A stretch of 64,000 nucleotides of DNA from the human T2T-CHM13v2.0 reference genome, Homo sapiens, in the NCBI RefSeq assembly GCF_009914755.1, contig NC_060931.1; one strand, 5' to 3'. Under the pieces are notes generated by a model. That model made no database searches, was not told the origin of the DNA, and saw nothing but the letters and a program-made list of their open reading frames with translations. Positions 1 through 12,830 of this stretch are shown one piece after another. Each line of letters opens with the position of its first letter. The stretch's first letter is position 1. Position numbers and translations under genes: made by a program.

Positions 1-1964
1 TACAAAAGAACAAGTATCAATTTTACTTTGAAATTCTAATACAGTAACAATACAATAATTAATATGCAATAAAATCCAATTCCATTTAGCTTACAAAACT
101 TTCGTAGATTAATGTTTCTGTAAACTATACCAACTTTTTTTTTTTTTACTATTTCATCTGGCATGAGAAAATCATCATATAGTTTTAATCCAACATTCTC
201 TATTAACATGAGTTTCTATGATACAAAAAGACAGAGAAAAGAAAGAAAAATTACGTTGATCCTACCATTGTTTCTTCACTAGTATAATTACATTTATTCA
301 TTTATTATTTTTCCATTTATTTTAAAATGATTAAAAACCTAGTAAACTATGTAACTACATGAGGCTTATGGCTCAATAACCTGATCATTTCCCAGAGTGG
401 GGAAAAAACATGAAAATAAATGCAGTTTAATATGTGTTAAATAGGTATCTATATAAAGATGCAATGGGCATACCAAGAAGGGGAGAATTGAATAAGAGCT
501 TTTATTCCTTTCTCAACTAGTAGATAAATTATTTTTAAAATAGCACTAAAAATCACAATTAAAATGTATTTGCTGACAGTCTAAAGCTCATTGTCAAAGA
601 AGAAAAAATGGTAGAGACTAAGCTAATGCTACTGTAAGAAGATTTAAACTCTCTCTGTCACTGTGTAAGAATCTGATGAATGGAAGATTGCAGGTAACAT
701 GGTATAAACTAGGGTATCAGAGATTCAGAAAAAAATGAGGCTGTTTAGATGCTCCTGAAGAATGCTGAGTGGGAGTGCAAGAGATTTAAAAATTCAGTAA
801 TTTTTTGTAAATGCCATCACATGTTGTTCTTTCCAGCGTAAGGAATGGTCCCAAATGCCTTGACATTTAACCATGTGCACATATAATTATTTTCAAGCCT
901 CATCCTTTTAAATCTCATTTGAGATAGAAAATTTTTCCTTCTTTCTCCTTTTTCATGCATTTTCCTGCTTATCTTGATGGTTTTCCTTCCCACCACATAC
1001 AGCAGCAATTTTTGTAAATGATTCTACATTTTAAAGTCACTAACATCACATGTGTAATTCAAAGGAATGAAAATCCTCAAAATTCATAGGAATGAAAGTC
1101 CTCAAAGTTGGCCCATTCAATCAAATTTTCATTCCTTGAAATAAATAAGAAAAACTAGTATTTGGAGTAAATCACGTGATATATGTAAATATATTTGAAG
1201 AATTTCTCGGGTGAATTGATAGACAAACACAAGTTTTGCGAGCATAACTCTAAATACATGAGTTCTTCATCTGGGAATTTCCTTGAATTTGGAAACTAGA
1301 TTATATAATTAGTTGCACACCTACATCCCCAAAATGCTTTGCATACAGGAACAATAATTTTGTTGACTAAATTTTACAATTACAGAAATAAATTAGTCTG
1401 ATTCTATATAACTGACTATTTTAAATGCACTTCAAGGTATAGACATAAGAGTACAGGGTTTTATTATAATTTTCAAGTAAGAAATTATTTTTAAGCTGGT
1501 CTGACTTCATAAGAGTTTTTTTGAGAAATATCACTTTGTCAAACATAGGTAGTCTACCAACTTCAGACTTCCATACGTCTTTTCCTTCACTGACAAGTTT
1601 TTCAAAGGGGTAGTTTATAACATTCATCCACTTCTCAACTTATTATAGTTTGTCTTTGCCTCCCACATTATTCAGAAGCTGGTCTTAATGACTTTAAAAT
1701 TGACAAGCAAAAGACACATTGAATCATGATTTGAGTTCTGTATATGATAGGATACTGTTTTCCTCATCCCACTCATTACAGCTTCCCTACTTTGACTTCA
1801 GGGACTCTCTCCTTTCCTGATTTAATTCCATTCTTTCTTTACTTCCATCCCTGGGGTTAGTATTTTAACAGCAGTGTTTCTGAGGGTGCCATCATCACCT
1901 TCTTTTAGTTTACCCACTCTCACTAAGAGATGCCATCCAACCCTATTATTCCAAACACTACATA

Positions 1965-2405
1965 TGGGAGATTGCATTGTTTTAGTCAGAATCCTCCTTT
2001 TTCTCCATATTTATTCCATAGCTGCTTCTGGGAAAAGTACATTTTTCAGTCCCTTTGACGGTAAGTTTGGCCATATCATTTGTTTTGGTTAATGGAATAT
2101 GAGCATAAAGACAATTTGCTAAGTGCACACCGAAGCTTCAAGAGACATCCTGTACTTTTGCTCACCCGTCTTGCATCTTAGCCATCCACCATGAGAACAT
2201 CTCTTGGGAAGCATCTAGTCACAGGATAAGATGGCACATGAAATGTCACTGAGATCAACTATAGCCTGATGAGAAGCTCAACCTAGTCCAGTAGAGCCAC
2301 ATCAAATCCACAGACCTGGGAGCAAGAAATCAGTGTCTGTTGCTGCAAACCACTGAGTTTTGGGATAGTTTTTATGTAGCAGTTTTTGAGGAAAATACTT
2401 GATAC
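1965..2405 (+). mobile_element. MLT1 (ERVL-MaLR, MLT1H-J-like) solo LTR
   Basis: MaLR motifs 'tttggccatatcatttgttttggttaatggaat' and 3' end 'tgctgcaaaccactgagttttgggatagttt...gatac'. Confidence 0.65.
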
Positions 2406-3013
2406 TATACCATTGTTAATGTATTTCCAAACATCCTTCAGAATTTTAAACAAAAATATCTAACTGTCATTTGAATTTCCCCAACTAGATGATTCATAGG
2501 TACCTCAAATTCAGTGTGTACAAAAATTAACTTACTTTCTCTCCAAGTAAGGTAATTTTTCCATGTTATTTCCTATTTCAGTGAAGAAGAATTGCATCTG
2601 TCTATTTTCCAAGCAGAAAAAAATCAAGGTGCTATCTTTTTTTCTTTCTGCCTCTTCCTTGGACTAATTGCTGATTGATTAATCATTAATTCCTTTGACA
2701 GTAACATAATTTTATGAACTAATGAATATATTTTCATGGCATTTTATATATCCCTATAAGCTGCCTTACTTTTTCATAAAACAGGGCAGAATATAAACAA
2801 ATAATCAAAAAGAATTCTGTTGATTTTTTCTCTTCAGTAGCTCTAAATTATTTACCCACTTCTCCAACCACACTGCTACTACACTTGTTTAGGCATTTAT
2901 CTTTTCTTGCAAAGAATGACACATGCCTTCTAACTTCCTGCAGGTTGCTTACTCTCCAGTATATTCTCCACTCTTCTTCCAGTGTCCTTTTTAACATAAA
3001 CATTTGATCTACT

Positions 3014-3264
3014 TGTTCTCACTCATAGGTGGGAATTGAACAATGAGATCACATGGACACAGGAAGGGGAATATCACACTCTGGGGACTGTGGTGGGGTG
3101 GGGGGAGGGGGAGGGATAGCATTGGGAGATATACCTAATGCTAGATGAAGAGTTAGTGGGTGCAGCGCACCAGCATGGCACATGTATACATATGTAACTA
3201 ACCTGCACAATGTGCACATGTACCCTAAAACTTAAAGTATAATAAAAAAAAAGAGAGAAAAAAA
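3014..3264 (+). mobile_element. Heavily 5'-truncated young L1 3' end (L1PA2-like)
   Basis: Near-consensus L1 3'UTR with G-rich tract and A tail. It has GAG rather than the L1HS-Ta ACA diagnostic, and 'acttaaagtataata' rather than 'acttagag'. Confidence 0.9.
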
Positions 3265-3693
3265 GTCCTCACTGTTTAGCTACTTTCAGAATAAATGCAA
3301 CCAAAGAAGAAAATATAAACTCAACTTGCTATTCAAATATATTAACACATTACAGCTCTATGAAAACAGAAAACTCTGGTTTTTCTCATGTTTTTTAAAA
3401 AGTAGTTTCCTTCTCATGAAAATGTCTTGTGCCCTCTACCTCTAATCCAGCTACATAGTCCAGCTGATCCCTGCTCATCTTTCTCAACCCAATTCAGGTG
3501 TTATCTCATCTGAGGACCCTTTTGAAATTGTTGTATGCCACTTCATTCGCAGTTAATCTAAGTTAACTGCCCCTTGGGAATTTGTGTATAAGTCTATAGT
3601 GACATATATCACAGTTTCTTACAATATTAACTTATGCATCTGCCTTCTGCTTTAGATGTTTCATAGAAAATAAGGAAAGCATATTTCTTTATG

Positions 3694-4059
3694 TAGATTC
3701 TCCTCGGCTTACAATGAGGTTACATCCCAATAAACTCATTATAGGTTGAAAATACTGTAAGATAATAACACATTTAATACACCCAACCTACCAAATATCA
3801 CAGCTTAGCTTAGCCTACCTTGAACATGCTGAGAACACTTACATTAGCTTACAGTTGGGCAAAATCATCTAACACAAAGCTATTTTATGATACAGTGTTG
3901 ATTATCTCATGTAATTTATTGAATACTGTCCTGAAAATGAAAAACAGAATGGTTATATGCGTACTTGGAGTACAGTTTCTACTGAATGCATACCAGTGTC
4001 ACATCATTGTAAATTCAAAACATTTTTAGGTGGAAATATGGTAAAGTGGGAACTGCGTG
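3694..4059 (+). mobile_element. MER47A (TcMar-Tigger family MITE), full length
   Basis: Matches recalled MER47A along its length ('cagcttagcttagcctaccttgaacatgctgagaacacttacattagcttacagttgggcaaaatcatctaacacaaag'); ~366 bp, followed by TA. Confidence 0.85.
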
Positions 4060-4274
4060 TATCTAGCTTCCAGGGCAGTAGTCTTATTTGTCATTATATC
4101 TCAAGCGCCTATGCATATATAGTCAAAAATATTTGAAACATGAAAAAATAAATGAAATTTTGGATAAATAGGTAATGATCAGGCTTAATTTAGCACTCTA
4201 AGTTCTCAAATAAAACACAAATTCATCATAAACTGAAACTTTTTTTCATTTGAAATACATAAATTCAAAAATAG

Positions 4275-4535
4275 CCACCCTAGGAAGTCTTCTTCAACCT
4301 ACCAAGACAAAAGTTGGGCATTCCACACTGGCTTAGAACTTTGTACAAACTTTAATCATCACACCATATTGCTATTATTTTGTTTTCATGTCTGACTTTT
4401 CCAGTACACTGTGAAATCCCTGAACCCTGAGTGCCAGTTTTATAAAGCTGTGACATTCTAAAATTGAATGCAGTTAAATCTCAAAGCCAAATGCTATTAC
4501 TGTATACAACAATGATCAATGCTTGTTGAATCAGC
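4275..4535 (+). mobile_element. L2 3' end fragment
   Basis: 'ggaagtcttctt...tgtctgacttttccagtacactgtgaaatccctgaa...aatgcttgttgaat' is L2-like. Confidence 0.45.
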
Positions 4536-7184
4536 TAATTCATTCTTTGAATAGTAATAGAGCTTTATTATGTGTCGTACAAAAATCCCCAGAGCTGAGA
4601 ATAAGGCAGAGGTACAACAGAACAATCACCTATACACATTTACTATAAAAACTTAGAGTATGAAATTCAAAATAAGAAAGGATGGTTTACTGTACTCTAT
4701 AGTTAGAGGATGTTTGAAAATTATCTATAGAATTGCAACTTTAACAATGGCTTCAAGAAACCGAGAATAAATTGTCCTAAAATAAACCAACAGCCCTTGA
4801 TCTTCTATTATCATTTGAAGTTGTGTATAATTGCACTTAAGTTTTATATTGGTCTCAATTCAATATGGTCTATAACATTAGGATATCAGCAATTTTCATT
4901 GTAAAAGACCATTACTAATCCAACTGAGTTTGATTATTGTATTTTATCAGGTTAGCAGGTCTTTTCCTGAGCTCTGCAGCATTGCTGTTTTTAATATGTG
5001 TCTACATTTTGTGTATTGGTCTTCAAACCCCTCCTATGAAAACTATTTCCCTTCGTGGAGGACCTGATTTTATGAATTGTGCTTTCATTTTTTCACGTTG
5101 TATAGCATTGTAATAGTAAGTAAACTTAATGACTGCTTAAAATGTATAAAGTACTCCTGGATTACATTCTCATTATATACTTTATATTATAAATTTTAAG
5201 TATTTTATTATTTTTTGAAGGGCACTGAAAATCAATAAACAATTTACATTAGTGTCTTAATTATTTATGGATTTCTCATTAAAATTTCATTTCATATGCA
5301 TAAATATTATTACTAATATTTAATATGAAAACTCTTATTTGGATATATAGGGGTATAAATAAATAACATTGTTCTACAACCTGATAAAACTTTATTATAT
5401 CTAACACATATATAATATCATACATTTCACTTTTTTCTATAATTAAAATGGCGAAAGTATCATGACTGCCACTCAGAATGAAAATTATGACTTTGTTGCT
5501 AACAGTTTGATGCATAAAGAATTCTCTGAGCACCAGTTGTGGCTTTTGATACAATTAGGCTACCTATTATGTATTCTTGTTTTTACATTTGTGAATCCAA
5601 AACCACTTGAGGGAAAATTCACATTCTCGGTCTGTTTTAGAAATGAAATTATTCTTACCTTGTGTCTTTCTTGAAATTATAGTCAAAAATGCTTAAGGAA
5701 TTGGAAAAAATGAACTCTTAGGTCATTTTAAGGACTCAAAAACAATGTTTCTAAAAGAATCCTTCTCCACACCATCTTTCATAGCATCAGAGTGAGGCAC
5801 ACTGCAATGACTGCATCGCCTTTTATATTATTGTCTCCTAATCCAAGTGGCATATATGTCATGTATACTGCACAAGCTGAAATGTTATTATCATACTTAA
5901 CCACAAGTTCTTCAATTGCATATGTCTGGAGTGCACTAAACTTTAATGAGCTTCATTCTGCTTGGCCCTGACCATCTCTTCAATTAATCATCACTATGTA
6001 ATTGGCTCCTACTTTCTAAAGTATTTACCCTACCTACTTTGAAATAATCTGTGAATTTAATGATTATAGCCTTTAATCTACCATTTTTTCACTGAGGAAA
6101 GATTGTTACATTCCAAACTTGATTGTTATATGTCACTAGGGTTGACACTGATACATTGTTAAATATACTTGTCTTGAAGAAAGGCATCATACTCTGTAAT
6201 ATATCAAGATAGATTAGAAATATTTTTAAAGGCTGTTATTTTTCAAGAGAGATGAAAGTTATTGAAAGGAACTTGTTCTTTTTAAAGACACTGGTTGATA
6301 TGAAATTCCTTATTTCCTAAGTGGTACTGAATCCTGTACCAAAACTTCATGATAGGCAGACTTCAAATATCTTCTTGAAATACATAAAAATATCTTTGCT
6401 TAAAATATTATTTATTGCTCAGCTTTCCTTTTAAAGTATTCTTTATTCTTCTGTTGACTGACTTAGAACATTACTAATCAGAAAATTGCTAATTAATTGG
6501 TCTAGCAGTCATGAGTCTTAAAATTGGAGGTGGTAATTACTTCAAAAAATTCTATTCAAGTTAAAATTATGCCAATAATACCAAAACTCTGGGTAAGCAT
6601 GGTAAGTGCTTCCATTCCTTCTAGCCAGTCTGGAATGAATTAGAAAGTTACAGGGATGGACTTTTGTATAAAATTGCCACTAACATTAAAAATTCAAAAA
6701 AAAAAAAAAAAAAACCCCACATGTCTGTGGCATTCTGGTCCCGGCTTCCAAAATAAAAAATTACTCCTGAAACTCTGTAAGGATTTTAAAACATATTTTG
6801 GACCAACTCATTATCAAAGAGTACTACAGCTAGAAACCATCATTATGTATCAATTAATTTAAATCAGTTAACGTATAAAAACCTCATGTCCCAAATGATG
6901 GAATTCCCTGCTTGAAGTTGGGGAAGTATGGTTGGTACAGAGCAGGAACCAGAATCCAAATCTAACTCCTAGAATTTGTCGGCAAAAATGGTGGGGCTGA
7001 AGAACAATTGGTTGAGACAAAGCAAGGATCAGAACAAAATCTTCCAATTCTCATTCCAGTCATTCCAGTGTTCTTTCCAGTCATATGATGAGACATCATG
7101 TAGGGAAAGGGAGAGAATGAAATTTAGCATGAGTGAAAAAGATCCTATGGGAAGATTTTGGTAAGGTTCAGTTACAAAGTCATA

Positions 7185-7520
7185 CTCTGTAATGTCTTCC
7201 AGCATTGGCAAAAGGAAAGGAGAGGAGATAAAATCTCTGATGAAAATCTGATTCCTGCCTTTTTTGTGTGTTTCATTTTCTCTTTGGATACTTATGTGAT
7301 TTCTCTTAATCACTGAAATTTTTTAAATTTGCCAAAACATATCCAAATGTGAGTCTTTTTGTCTTTTATATTTTCTACTTCAAAGAGTCTGAGAGTTTGA
7401 AATGTCTGGCTTTTTTCAAATAGAAAAATTTTGATACTTTTTTTTTTTTATCATTGCTTCTCCTCACTCTCCTGTTTTGAATATTGCTGACACTTCCAAA
7501 ACTTCTTTCTCATTTTCAGA
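7185..7520 (-). mobile_element. Old L1M/HAL1-type ORF1-region remnant
   Basis: T-rich antisense L1M-like motifs ('gatgaaaatctgattcctgcc', 'tcattgcttctcctcactctcctg'). Confidence 0.35.
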
Positions 7521-7524
7521 AAAA

Positions 7525-7690
7525 TCTATGATGTCATCAACTGTGAGATTCAACTCAATTTAAGAGATATTCAAATGTAAAACGAATAAAGCAGTAGTAA
7601 TTATCATATGGTATCGATTGTTAGGCACATGTCACTTTCAGCATTGTTAATACGTAAAAATATTGCTTCTGGAAATAAGTCAATTCTGGG
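7525..7690 (-). mobile_element. MER104-like (TcMar-Tc2) relic
   Basis: 'tcgattgttaggcacatgtcactttcagcattgttaatacgtaaaaa' resembles the recalled MER104 terminus. Confidence 0.35.
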
Positions 7691-7777
7691 TTTACATAAA
7701 TCAATTTTATAGTCTTCTTTTATAATCCCAAACCCTTTATAATTCTAAATTCCATGAACATATTTCAAGGTCATCTT

Positions 7778-9279
7778 TTAAAATTTATTTTTAAATTGAC
7801 AAATAAAAATCAAATATATTTAAAGTATACAACATCATGTCATGATATATGTATACACTGTGGAATGGCTAAATCAAGCTATTTAACATATTCATTAACT
7901 CACATATATATCATTTTTTTGGTCAGGGAAACCCTCTAAATCTATTCTCTTAGGAATTTTTAACTTATTGTCATTAACTATAGGCACTGTGAGGTACAAT
8001 AGATCTCTTGATTTTATTCCTTCCATCTAACTGAAATTTTGTGTTCTTTGACTGACATCTCCCTGATCCTCCCATTCCCCAGCATCTGGTAACCACCATT
8101 TTGCTCTTTGTTTCTATTAATTAGATTGTTTTAGATTCCACACATAACTAAGACGAAGCTGTCTTTCTGTGTTGGGGTTATTTCACGTAATATAATGTTC
8201 TTCAGATTCATCAATGTTCTTGTAACTGGCAGGATTTCCTTTCCTGTTTTTAAAAGGCTGAATAGTATTCTGTTGTGGATATACATCACATTTCCTTTTT
8301 CCATTTGTCTGTCAATGGACACCCAGGTTAATTCCATAGCATGGCTATTGTGAAAAATGCTGCAACAAACAAGGGAGTGCAGTTACCTCTTTAACATACT
8401 CTTGTCATATCCTTTAGATATATACTCAGTAGTTGGATTACTGGACCATACAGTCCTTTATTTTTAATTTTTTGAGGAACCTCCAAATTGTTTTTCATAA
8501 GAGCTGTGCTGATTTACATTTCCACCAATAGTATAAGAGTTTCCTTTTCCTCATATCCTTTCCAACATTTACATTTTCTCTTTTTGGTAATAGCTATCCT
8601 GACTGGTATGAGGTAATATCTCATTGTGATTTTAATTTGCATTTCTCTGATGATTAATGATTATAAGCATTTTTTCATATACCTGTTGTCCATTTGTATA
8701 TCTTCTTTAGAGAAATGTCCACTCAAGTCCTTTGCCCATTTTTAATTGAGTTGTTTTCTTACGATTGAGTTGTTTGAGTTCCTTGTATATTTTAGACTTA
8801 ACCCATTATTAGATGTGTGGTTTGCAAATTTATTCTCCTGTACATAGATTGTCTCTTTATTCTGTTGTTTCCTTTGCTGTGCAGAAGCTTTTTATATTGA
8901 TGTAATCCCATTTGTCTATCTTTGCTTTTGTTGCCTGTGCTTTTGGGTTTAAATCCAAAAAATTATTGCCCAAACCAATGTCATGGAGCTTTTCCTCTAT
9001 GTTTTCTTACAGTAGTCTCACAGGTTCAGGTCTTAATATCTAAGCTTTACATTTTGAGTTTATTTTTGTATATAGTTATGAGATGGAAGTCTAATTTTAT
9101 TCTTTTCACGTACAGTTTTCCCAGCACCATTTATTGAAGAGACTGTCCTTTCCCCATTGTGTGTTTGCAGCATCTTTGTCAGAAATCAACTGACTATGAA
9201 TGAATGAATTACTTTTTGGGCCTTCTATTCTAGTCCATTGGCCTCTACTTCTGTTTTATGCCAACACCATGCTGTTTTG
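7778..9279 (-). mobile_element. 5'-truncated L1MA8-like element (ORF2 C-terminus + 3'UTR)
   Basis: L1MA 3' end 'aattgacaaataaaaatc...gtggaatggctaaatcaagcta'; ORF 8131-8337 is L1 ORF2 C-terminal-like; degenerate 16 bp TSD atttcaaggtcatctt (7762-7777) / atttcaaagttatctt (9280-9295). Confidence 0.85.
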
Positions 9280-10461
9280 ATTTCAAAGTTATCTTCTAAA
9301 TAATCAAATTTAATACAATAGTTAATCTACTATCACTATAGACTAGATTTTATATGATATGTATTTTTAAATTTAGTAATCATTGTTTTCATTTCCCCAA
9401 AATCTGGTTTTCTTAGTATTTGGAACATTCTGATCTTATTTTACATTATTTAAATACTACTCTCATTATTTAATAGAATATTTGTAAGCCTTCTTGTTTA
9501 AAGTTATTTGATTTGAGTCCTCTAATGACCACACTATTGAGTTTCAGGGTAAATTCCTATCCATTGTAACTCATTTAATAGTGGTAATCTCTGGGTCTGT
9601 CAGTAGTTGTTTTCACATGTCAATTTTGTCAGTCTCAAAAAAATAGAGAATAAAATATGAAAGCAACACAAACAGTAAAAACAAAATATAAATATAAAAA
9701 GATTCAAACTTATTTTCTTTTGATGTTTTGAGATTTCAAGATCTAGTGTGAATGCCATAGTAGATAGATAGGGGTTTAGGCAAAGAAATACAGGTGCAAT
9801 TTCAGAGAAATTTATTTTTGTGAGTCAAAAGCCAATGTTGCAATGTGTCTTAGTTATTTTCAGCAATTTTCACAGTCTCCTGGATACCTCTGTGCAAAGT
9901 CTATATGACCTCTATGGGATTCTTTACTTTGAAGGTTCTAGAACTTAGCTAAAACCCTGCCATTCATCTCCGCAAACCCCTGCCACTGCTCCAAAGTCCA
10001 TCCTTTTATTCACAGTTCACTCTGAATTAGGAGATGTTATAGGGATTCTAGAGAAATTGAGATGGGAAAAATTGAGGAATTTGTTTACCCATTCTGCTGG
10101 GGCTCCCTTTCATAGTATGTATTCTCTCATCTGTAACATTTATTGACAATAAGCTTGGAAGTGTCATGTAAATGAATGGAATACCTCTCTATTTATTGGT
10201 GTTATAGAACGGCTTCACCCTTAGTAAATGCATTCATACTTTTAGTGGGAAATAAAGAGACTTTTAAAATATTTATGGTTTCAGGATATCATCTCATTCT
10301 GTGTATTCAAATTCCAGGCTATATTTTCTAAACTGAAAATGTACCATACAATTTTTGGTATAAAATTCTTCCATGCCACCCAACATAAAGAGAAAACTCC
10401 TTGATAACATGGTTTCTATCTTTTCAAAGTCATCTCTCAGAATACAACAAATGCTCACTAA

Positions 10462-10807
<346 letters not shown>

Positions 10808-11809
10808 TAACAGTTCATCATAGTTGAACCTACTGTGATGAACTAGATCTACTATGATCTTTCATACTCCTGTATTTGGCTTATTCAGCCTGAAATATAT
10901 TTCTCCATTTTTTTTGCCTAAGAAGTATATTTCTGTTCATCTTTCTAGACTCAGCTCAAATATAATTTACTCTGTGACGTCTCTTCTGGCCCTTCTACCA
11001 GATTTGGACTCCCATACGCCTTTTTTTATAAAACTCCTTTAATAGTCCTCTAATATTTTTGTATGTGTATTTGTTCCATATGTTTCAATTTTCACCCTGC
11101 ATAAAACGTCATATGGTGGTCAAACAGGGGGGTCAGAAATCCTAATATTTCCTCTATCCTAATGTTTCCAGCCTATTTTATGAACTACATAGAACCCTAG
11201 AAGTATTCTATGAGTTCTGCTTATGGCACTCCTCAGAGCTCTATTTTTATCATTATACAATTAACTAATACAAATACTGGATGCTAAAAACAAAAGGTGC
11301 ACATTTTAAATAACAATAAACAAATAAATAAAACATTTTGAATGCAGGTCTTATCCAAAACAGTGTTTTCCAACTTGAGAGTTATCATCAAAATATTTAT
11401 TTGACAACCTCATTTCACCTCTTCTAGAGTCTTCTTCTCATTTCTGTGTACATCCTTTTCCCAAATTCCAAATCAATTACTTGGAGCTCTTAGTTCATTA
11501 TTTAGTTACTTTATTACTGTTATTCCTAACTCTACTATGTGCCTCACACCTTCTAAGTATTTTATATGCATTAATCTATTTAATTGGATGAAAACAATAT
11601 TTAAATGTTGGTGCTACTATTATTCACACTATAAAAATAAGGAAACAGAGGACAAAAGGGGAGATATTTTGTCCTTATAAGTCTTTCCAGATTCCCTCAA
11701 ATCATATTATTATAATATTACTCTAGTATTTGCCATTATTAATTACAGTAAAATATTGTCAATGTTTTATTATTATATAATTCTAGAATTTGTTCTAATG
11801 TTGCCTTAT

Positions 11810-11975
11810 ATTACACAGTGCTTTATCACTTAGCAAACACTTTTACACACTTGCTTATCTAATTCTCACAATGACATGGTAATACAAGGAACATCATATC
11901 CACGTGAAGGATGAAGGATGAATAAACTGAGGCCTGGAGAGGTTAAGACAGAGCAAATTTGCAAATTTGTATCAA
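11810..11975 (-). mobile_element. MIR fragment (interrupted by the Alu)
   Basis: 'tatctaattctcacaat...aaactgaggcctggagaggttaag' MIR core. Confidence 0.55.
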
Positions 11976-11980
11976 AGCCC

Positions 11981-12277
11981 TTTTTTTTTTTTTTTTTTTG
12001 AGGTGGAGTCTCGCTCTGTCACTCAAGCTGGAGTGCAGTGGCCTGATCTCGGCTCACTGCAATCTCTGCTTCTTGGGTTCAAGTGATTCTCCTCAGCCTC
12101 CCCAGTAGCTGGGACTACAGGTGCCTGCCAAAATACCTGGCTAATTTTTGTATTTTTAGTAGAGATGGAGTTTCACTATGTTGGCCAGGCTTGTCCCAAA
12201 CTCCTGATCTCAGGTAATCCACCTGCCTCGGCCTCCCAAAGTGCTGGAATTACAGGCGTGAGCCACCTTGCCTAACC
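11981..12277 (-). mobile_element. Alu (AluSx-like), full length
   Basis: Dimeric Alu with T19 tail; degenerate TSD caaagccct / caaagtctt. Confidence 0.95.
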
Positions 12278-12327
12278 CAAAGTCTTTATTTTAGGCCAGA
12301 ACACCATCTTATGTTTAAATTTGGCAC

Positions 12328-12830
12328 TACAGTAAGCTAGATAATGGCTCCCAATTATTACTACTCTCTTGTACCTGGAAAAGTAAATGTTACCTTATTT
12401 GGAAAAGGGGACTTTGCAGTTATGATTAAATTAAAGATCCTGAGATAAGGAGATTATCCTTGATTTACCTGGTATGTTCTAACAACTATTGCATATATCC
12501 TTATAAGAGGGAGACAGAGATTTTTATATACACAAATGAAAAGGTGATGTGAAGATAAAGAGGCAGACATTTAAATATTGTGGCTTTGAGGATTGGAGTT
12601 ATACACACCCACGAGCCAAAAACTGCTGGCAGCCCCAGAAGCTGAAAGAAGCAAGGAACAAATTATCCTATAGAGCCTTCAGAGGGAGTGTGGTCCAACC
12701 AACATTTTGATTTCAACCAATGAAATAGATTCAAACATCAGATCTCCAGAAGTATAATAAAATAAATTTATGTTATTTACAGCCTCTAAATGTGTGATAA
12801 TTTTTTACAGTGCCATAAGAAACTAATACA
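12328..12830 (+). mobile_element. MLT1C-like solo LTR
   Basis: 'atgttaccttatttggaaaaggggactttgcag...gattatcct' and 3' end 'agaaactaataca'. Confidence 0.8.

Larger units (their letters stand above)
1620..4155 (+). mobile_element. Ancient L2 LINE remnant, fragmented and interrupted by MLT1, L1PA2 and MER47A insertions
   Basis: 2450-2540 resembles the L2 RT-end motif (consensus-like ...acctcaaattcagtgtgtacaaaaattaac...); L2-like 3' terminus near 4120-4155. Boundaries approximate. Confidence 0.55.

Noticed and set aside
817-1008. 63 aa ORF spanning the direct-repeat-flanked segment, as a processed pseudogene
   Set aside because: TTG start, no poly-A tail and no recognisable parent protein.
3083-3115. 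G-quadruplex-forming G tracts (also ~42082-42111)
   Set aside because: A standard feature of the L1PA 3'UTR, not novel.
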